DNA of 13,127 nucleotides, taken from the NCBI GenBank assembly GCA_000388065.2, contig KB932204.1; one strand, 5' to 3'. How positions within the stretch are numbered: the first letter of the stretch is position 1; each line of letters opens with the position of its first letter. Positions 8,585-13,127 of the stretch are shown here, piece after piece. A program made the position numbers and the translations under genes. The DNA comes from Fonticula alba ATCC 38817 (lineage: Eukaryota; Protista; Nucleariida). The notes below the pieces were generated by a model that had not been told where the DNA came from, did no database searches, and saw only the letters and a list, made by a program, of their open reading frames with translations.

Positions 8585-9199
8585 GGGGCCGAGCATAGTA
8601 GGGTGGAAAGGGAGGAGGCATGGTATGCGCACCGAGCGAGCCAAGCCGAGGATGTTCACACCGTCGGCCAGCAGCTCAAAGGTCTGGTTCTTCCCCGGCG
8701 AAGGGGTCAGCCGACCGCGGACCTCCAGCGACACGCCGGTAGCCAGCCCGTCAGCCGAGGTATCCGACATGTCAGCCACCCCCAGAGCAGCCGCCTGGTC
8801 AAGTAGCTGTGAGAAGGCGACCGAGTCGCGCGGAAGGATCACCTGGATGCCCTTGGCGGTGGAGCCGTCGCTCAGCTCCAGGAACAAGTCGCGCTTCATC
8901 CGGCGAACGGTCTGCACCCAGCCGCCGACATGTACCGGCTGCTGCTCACCCGAGGGGGCCTCAGCAGGGGAAGGACCAGCGAGGGCTTTGGCTGCCAACA
9001 CCTCGCGGATGGTGGCCAGAGGGAGGACAGGCGGAACTGCGGGGGGGGCATCCGGCGCGGCGGGCTCGGCGGCTGAGGAGTACCTCGCAAGGAGAGGCCG
9101 CCAGGTGCCGGTGCCGGTGCTGGTGCCGGTGCCGGTGCCGGTGCGGAGAGCCTGAGGCCCAAGGGAGGAAACAAGTGTCCGGACTCTGGAGGAAATCAT
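6931..9199 (-). CDS. NARS2: Mitochondrial asparaginyl-tRNA synthetase (class IIb, bacterial AsnS type; NARS2/SLM5 orthologue), 589 aa
   Basis: Exons 9199-8633, 8431-8294, 8211-8023, 7898-7686 and 7593-6931 total 1770 nt in frame, with all four introns in phase 0. Motifs seen: OB-fold GWVQTVRR...LSDGS...QV; FPLQKK.H..EFLR...HLRP.T; [16 protein letters not shown]; LTVSGQL.LE; motif 2 [21 protein letters not shown]; YP..LKPFYM; [12 protein letters not shown]; motif 3 [10 protein letters not shown]...[10 protein letters not shown]. The Arg/Ser-rich, acid-free N-terminus ending ARY|SS looks like a mitochondrial presequence. ATG context is ACCGCCATG. Confidence 0.96.
8512..8582. repeat. (TG)35 microsatellite, read as (CA)35 on the sense strand of AsnRS intron 1
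   Basis: 71 nt of perfect dinucleotide repeat. Confidence 0.99.
9104..9144 (-). repeat. Coding hexamer repeat (GGCACC)x7 encoding [13 protein letters not shown] in the AsnRS presequence
   Basis: The plus strand has GGTGCC units with one GGTGCT variant, in frame within exon 1. Confidence 0.92.
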
Positions 9200-9652
9200 G
9201 GCGGTTGTGCCTCCAGGAGTGTGGGGGGAGGGCGTGGGGGAAGAGGAGGGGGAAAGGGGGGAGGAGGGGGCGGCGAGGGAGGGAACGGGAAGGGGGAGGA
9301 GGGGGGGGGCTATGAGGCTACACTCCGGAGGAGAAAGCACCAGGCGGCGCAATCTCATCAAACGTGGAAGGGGCAGGGAACAACAAGGACCTGCCAACGA
9401 GCTCCGAGCCAGCGTGGGGTTACCAGAGGCATCTGTGGCCGCGCCCCGATCAGAGCATGGGCGCCCTCCAACGGGGAGGAGGGCGGCTGGTTTGGGCCAA
9501 ACGTGGTTCCCCTGCAGAGCGCGCGCAGGGGGGTCTTGGCGGGGCGAGGGAGAGAGCCGGGGAACATGGGGGCCGGACGAGGAAGGCCACATCCGTTGGA
9601 GGCTCGACTGATGTGTCCACATGATCCATTGTTTCAGTTCTGGATGTCTGGA

Positions 9653-9711
9653 TTATATACAGGAGGCAGTCTGATCTCTTGTGGGCCGCGCCGTCTAAAA
9701 AAAAAAAAAAA
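9653..9711 (-). promoter_or_regulatory. Possible TATA box (TATATAA, 9659-9653) preceded by T15 (9711-9697)
   Basis: Exact TATAWAW match and a poly(dA:dT) tract about 450-510 nt upstream of the AsnRS ATG. Function is not demonstrated. Confidence 0.3.
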
Positions 9712-10401
9712 GGCCCTCCGGCCCATTGTCGGGAGCGTTTTCGAGCGCACAGGACAGCCGCCACACGAAGCCCAAAGTGTGGAACAGCGCCGCCTCCCCG
9801 GCCATGGGTGGCATAGACTGTCTTTTCGGCGGATGAGCGCCACGGCCGGCGGGACGCCCGAGAGAAGGCTTCACACCTCGGGCCCGGGTGTCCAGTGCCC
9901 AGCGACATGGCCATGTTCGCAAGAGAGACAGCGGGGGTCCGCGAAAACGGCGCCGCTAATCTGAGCCACAACCGACGGCGCCTGCCCCCGGCCCGCCAGG
10001 CCGACGCCAGACCCATACGCCCAGCCGACTGCATGCCGGTCTGCCCTGGCCCGTCGCGATGTGCCTCCCCCGGCCCCATCCTCCCTCTGCCCCCGACGCG
10101 GGAATGGCCCTCTTTTCAGGCGGAGAAGGCGTGCAGTGTAGGGAGCAAACATGCGAGCGAACGGGTCTTTCGCCTCTCCTCGCAGCTGGCTAGCAGGGTG
10201 GCAGCGGCCGCCCCCGGGCGGAGGCAGCGAGCACGAGGAAAAGGTCGAGCGCCGAGACCGGCGCGCGGGACCGTGCCTGCCCCCCCCCCCCTTGCTACCG
10301 GGGGGCGTCCTCCCTGCGCACACACATACGGCAAAAGTGCAAACACAACCATCCCCCCCCCTCCCGAGGCCTGGCGACAGCAACCCCCCACCTTGGAGCG
10401 A

Positions 10402-10590
10402 NNNNNNNNNNNNNNNNNNNNNNNNNNNNNNNNNNNNNNNNNNNNNNNNNNNNNNNNNNNNNNNNNNNNNNNNNNNNNNNNNNNNNNNNNNNNNNNNNNN
10501 NNNNNNNNNNNNNNNNNNNNNNNNNNNNNNNNNNNNNNNNNNNNNNNNNNNNNNNNNNNNNNNNNNNNNNNNNNNNNNNNNNNNNNNNNN
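10402..10590. other. Assembly gap (189 N)
   Basis: Run of n, followed by a C19 run. Confidence 0.99.
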
Positions 10591-11035
10591 CCCCCCCCCC
10601 CCCCCCCCCGCCTCTGCCGCGGCACACATACGACATATACACACATGAGAGAATACGGGAGTGGGAGGTAATATTGGAGGACAGAGTGAACAGCCCGACC
10701 CCGGTTTTAAATCCACGCCCATTGCCTGTCGCCGGGAGAGCGCGCGCTGCTGCCCCCGAGGGAACGGGGAACAGCACAGAGCGACCCGGGCAAGGAGAGC
10801 GGCGGAGGGCCCACAACGCGGCACACACGGAGGGAGAACCGGTGGCACAGGCGTGGGCCAACCCCCGCCCTGCTCGCCGCAGGGCCGACACACGCTCACC
10901 CACGCACGATGCCGAGCTCCTCTAATGCCCCCCTCTTCCCGGGGAGGCGACGAGGGGAGGGAATGAGAGGAGGAAGGACAGCGGCAGGGCGGCGCACACG
11001 ACGGACAACGGGCGAGGAGAGAGGGACACGGACGC

Positions 11036-11607
11036 TTAGGCGGAGGCGGCGCGGAGCTTCTCCAGGCGGCGGTCGCGCTCCTCAATGATGGTGAGCTTGA
11101 CACCCTTGCCGCGGGGGAGGGAGACGGCCGGGGACTGGGCGTCCTTGCCGATGACGTAAATGTTGGACAGGCGAGTGGCGAACAGGCGGCCGAGGGCATC
11201 GCGGATGTGAACCATGTCGAAGGAGCCAGGGTGGCGCTCGCGGCTCTCGATGACACCAACACGGCCCTTGTTGTGACCGCCAGTGACGAAGGCGAGGGCG
11301 CCGGAGTCGAACTTGTAGACCTCCTCGATCTTGCCGGTGGTCAGGTTGACCTTGACGGAGTCGTTGGCCTTGATGACGGGGTCGGGGTAGCGGATGGTGC
11401 GACCGTCGGAGGTGGTCAGGTAGGGGATGCCCTTGGTGCCGATGGCAACAGCCTTGACCTTGCAGACCTTGAACTGTGGGGGGCGGGGGGAGAGAGAGAA
11501 GCGGCAGATAAGTAGTGCGGGGAAATACGAGCGTGTCAGCGAAAAGGGCAAAAGGATCGTGCGGAGAAGGAGAGAAGCATGACGGCCGTAGGTGCGGCCG
11601 CGCGAGC

Positions 11608-11639
<32 letters not shown>

Positions 11640-12793
11640 GCGCGCGCCTCCGGGGTCACACGGCGAGAGGGGTACGTACGGCAGCCTCCTCAGCGCTGAT
11701 GGCGTGGATGGCGAAGCGGCCCTTGGTGTCGAGGAGCAGGCGGAAGTGCTCACCGGTCTTCTCCAGGGAGATGACGTCCATGAAGCCAGTGGGGAAGTTG
11801 ATGTCGGTGCGGATCTTGTTGTCGATCTTGACAAGGCGCTGCATGACAATAGAGGTGACCTCCTGGCGGGTCAGGGCATACTTGAGGCGGTTGCGCAGGA
11901 AGATGACCAGCGGCAGGGAGTCGCGGGACTTGTGGGGACCAGAGGACGGCTTGGGGGCGAAGGTACCGCCAAGCTTGTCAAGCATCCAGTGCTTGGGGGC
12001 GTTAAGACGCTTGAGGTGCTTCTTGGGGCCGCGAACCTAACGGGCAAGGGAGGGGGGAAGGGAGAGGAGCGGAAACGAGGGAGTCAGGAAACAGAAGGCG
12101 ACATGTCGGATGCAGCTTCCGGAAGTGACATCCGAGGAAGCAGGAGGAGGAGGAGGACTGCCGAGCGGAGGTGGTCGAGCATGCACACGGCACATGCCCG
12201 CCCCCCCCCAAGGGGCATTCCCCTCCGCGGCCGGGGAAGGAGAGAGGAGAGGGGGCGAAGAGGCGCCCGGCCTGCGAGGGCACACAGATGCCCCCCATAA
12301 CACAGATGGAGATGGCTGCCGCCTCCTTGGGGGATGGTGAGCTGCAAAGAGCCTCGCCAAGATCGACGACTCCCCGGAGGGCGAGCTGCTCACGTCCTGG
12401 CTGTCCCGAGCGCGCAAACGTGAGGGACCGGGAAGGGCGAAGGGCGGCCCGGCGCAATGCCGCGTCATACTCCAGAGACCGGGGGACGACCCACATGCGG
12501 AGACGTCCCCCACCTTGAGCCTCTCCTCCTCTTCCTGTGCCTCTCTCGCGCAGGAGGCAGCGTGTAACCCCCCGTGGACGGAGAAGGGGAACACGCGCAG
12601 CGAGAGGACCAGAGCCGCCCCCCTCCGGGGCAGGGGGGGGGAGGGGACGAGCCGCGTCGACCAAGAGCGGAACAGCGAGGAAGGGAATGGGACGAGGGGT
12701 GGCGCATGAAAGCACGGAGGACGCAAAGGTGGGGGGGGAGGGAAGAGAGAGGAGAGGGGGAGGGGGAGAGAGGTGGCAAAAGGTGTGTACCAT
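11036..12793 (-). CDS. RPS4: 40S ribosomal protein eS4 (S4), 265 aa
   Basis: Exons 12793-12791 (ATG only, context GCCAAGATG|GTACAC), 12036-11680 and 11473-11036 total 798 nt in frame. The protein reads [36 protein letters not shown]...[14 protein letters not shown]...GFMDVI...[10 protein letters not shown]...[10 protein letters not shown]...HPGSFD.VH...FATRLSN...[18 protein letters not shown]. The first exon is inferred from the Kozak context, the donor and the missing Met at exon 2. Confidence 0.98.
11606..11647. repeat. 42-nt perfect alternating purine-pyrimidine tract, (GC)n(CA)n(GC)n, in RPS4 intron 2
   Basis: GCGCGTGCGCGCGCG CACACACACACACACACAC GCGCGCGC, read directly. Confidence 0.95.
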
Positions 12794-12971
12794 CTTGGCT
12801 GATTTCTTGTGCTGGGAATGATTGAGCAAAGGTAACCAAAACCAACGTAGAGGCTGTTCCACTGGGGGAATGATAGACGGGGGGGAGCCTGTTCAGTCTT
12901 GCCTGGCTCTCCCCCCCCCTCCCTCCCCAGCGCGGTGCTGGAGAGCCGGGGCAGCGCGTGCCGCCCCTGCA

Positions 12972-13071
12972 ATGGCGGCCGGCCGAGCGGGCGCACGCAC
13001 CCCCCTACGCGCCGAGGCTGGTGCGGCGGCGCCCCTCTGCCCCCGGAGCCGGTCCCACACACGCCCCCGGG
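12972..13071 (+). CDS. Possible first coding exon of an unidentified gene divergent from RPS4
   Basis: GCAATGGCG start context, 33 codons (MAAGRAGARTPLRAEAGAAAPLCPRSRSHTRPR), then GTACGC at 13072, identical to this genome's donor consensus. No homology recognised. Confidence 0.25.
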
Positions 13072-13127
13072 GTACGCCTGGGCCCCGCCCCTCCCCGGGG
13101 CGAGAGGCCTGGCGGCCGGACTAGAGG

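Noticed and set aside
9605-9680. Plus-strand C/D snoRNA (CTGATGT or ATGATCC ... CTGA) or 5S rRNA fragment (GTCTGATCTC)
   Set aside because: Each C-box candidate has two mismatches and almost no terminal stem. The 5S similarity is only 10 nt with no flanking match.
9871-11030. ORFs between AsnRS and RPS4 (9871-11262, 9895-10671, 10295-10903)
   Set aside because: They cross an N-gap and homopolymers, are low complexity and show no homology. The region is most simply the RPS4 3'UTR plus intergenic DNA.
12002-12793. 263-aa ORF produced by retaining RPS4 intron 1
   Set aside because: The sense strand is A-poor, so stops are rare, and a second frame (12037-13062) is also open. The translation is low complexity, and its similar length to RPS4 is coincidence.

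Overview
GC-rich, intron-containing eukaryotic genomic DNA with four N-gaps. There are no prokaryotic features, CRISPR arrays or recognisable transposons. Four conserved housekeeping genes can be rebuilt by hand with in-frame GT-AG splicing: (1) a partial mitoribosomal protein bL28m gene (minus strand, visible 3714-2921, both ends in gaps); (2) PCNA (plus, 5402-6579, 4 exons, 259 aa); (3) a mitochondrial, bacterial-type asparaginyl-tRNA synthetase (minus, 9199-6931, 5 exons, 589 aa); (4) cytosolic ribosomal protein eS4/RPS4 (minus, 12793-11036, 3 exons, 265 aa). bL28m and PCNA are divergent, and PCNA and AsnRS are convergent. Most other ORF-track entries are shadow ORFs caused by high GC. The style (C-rich short introns, long G/C homopolymers next to gaps, fungal-type bL28m) suggests a unicellular opisthokont such as Fonticula; this is inference, not a database result. 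I found no novel multi-gene system. The most interesting signals concern RNA processing and regulation: all 10 inferred splice donors have C at +4; AsnRS intron 3 must use a weak AAG acceptor past a stronger-looking out-of-frame CAG; one 9-bp element holds poly(A) signals for both convergent genes; bL28m has a very acidic tail; RPS4 intron 1 is long and structured; and there are E2F-, CCAAT- and CHR-like promoter motifs. Region 1-2850 has no gene I can support.
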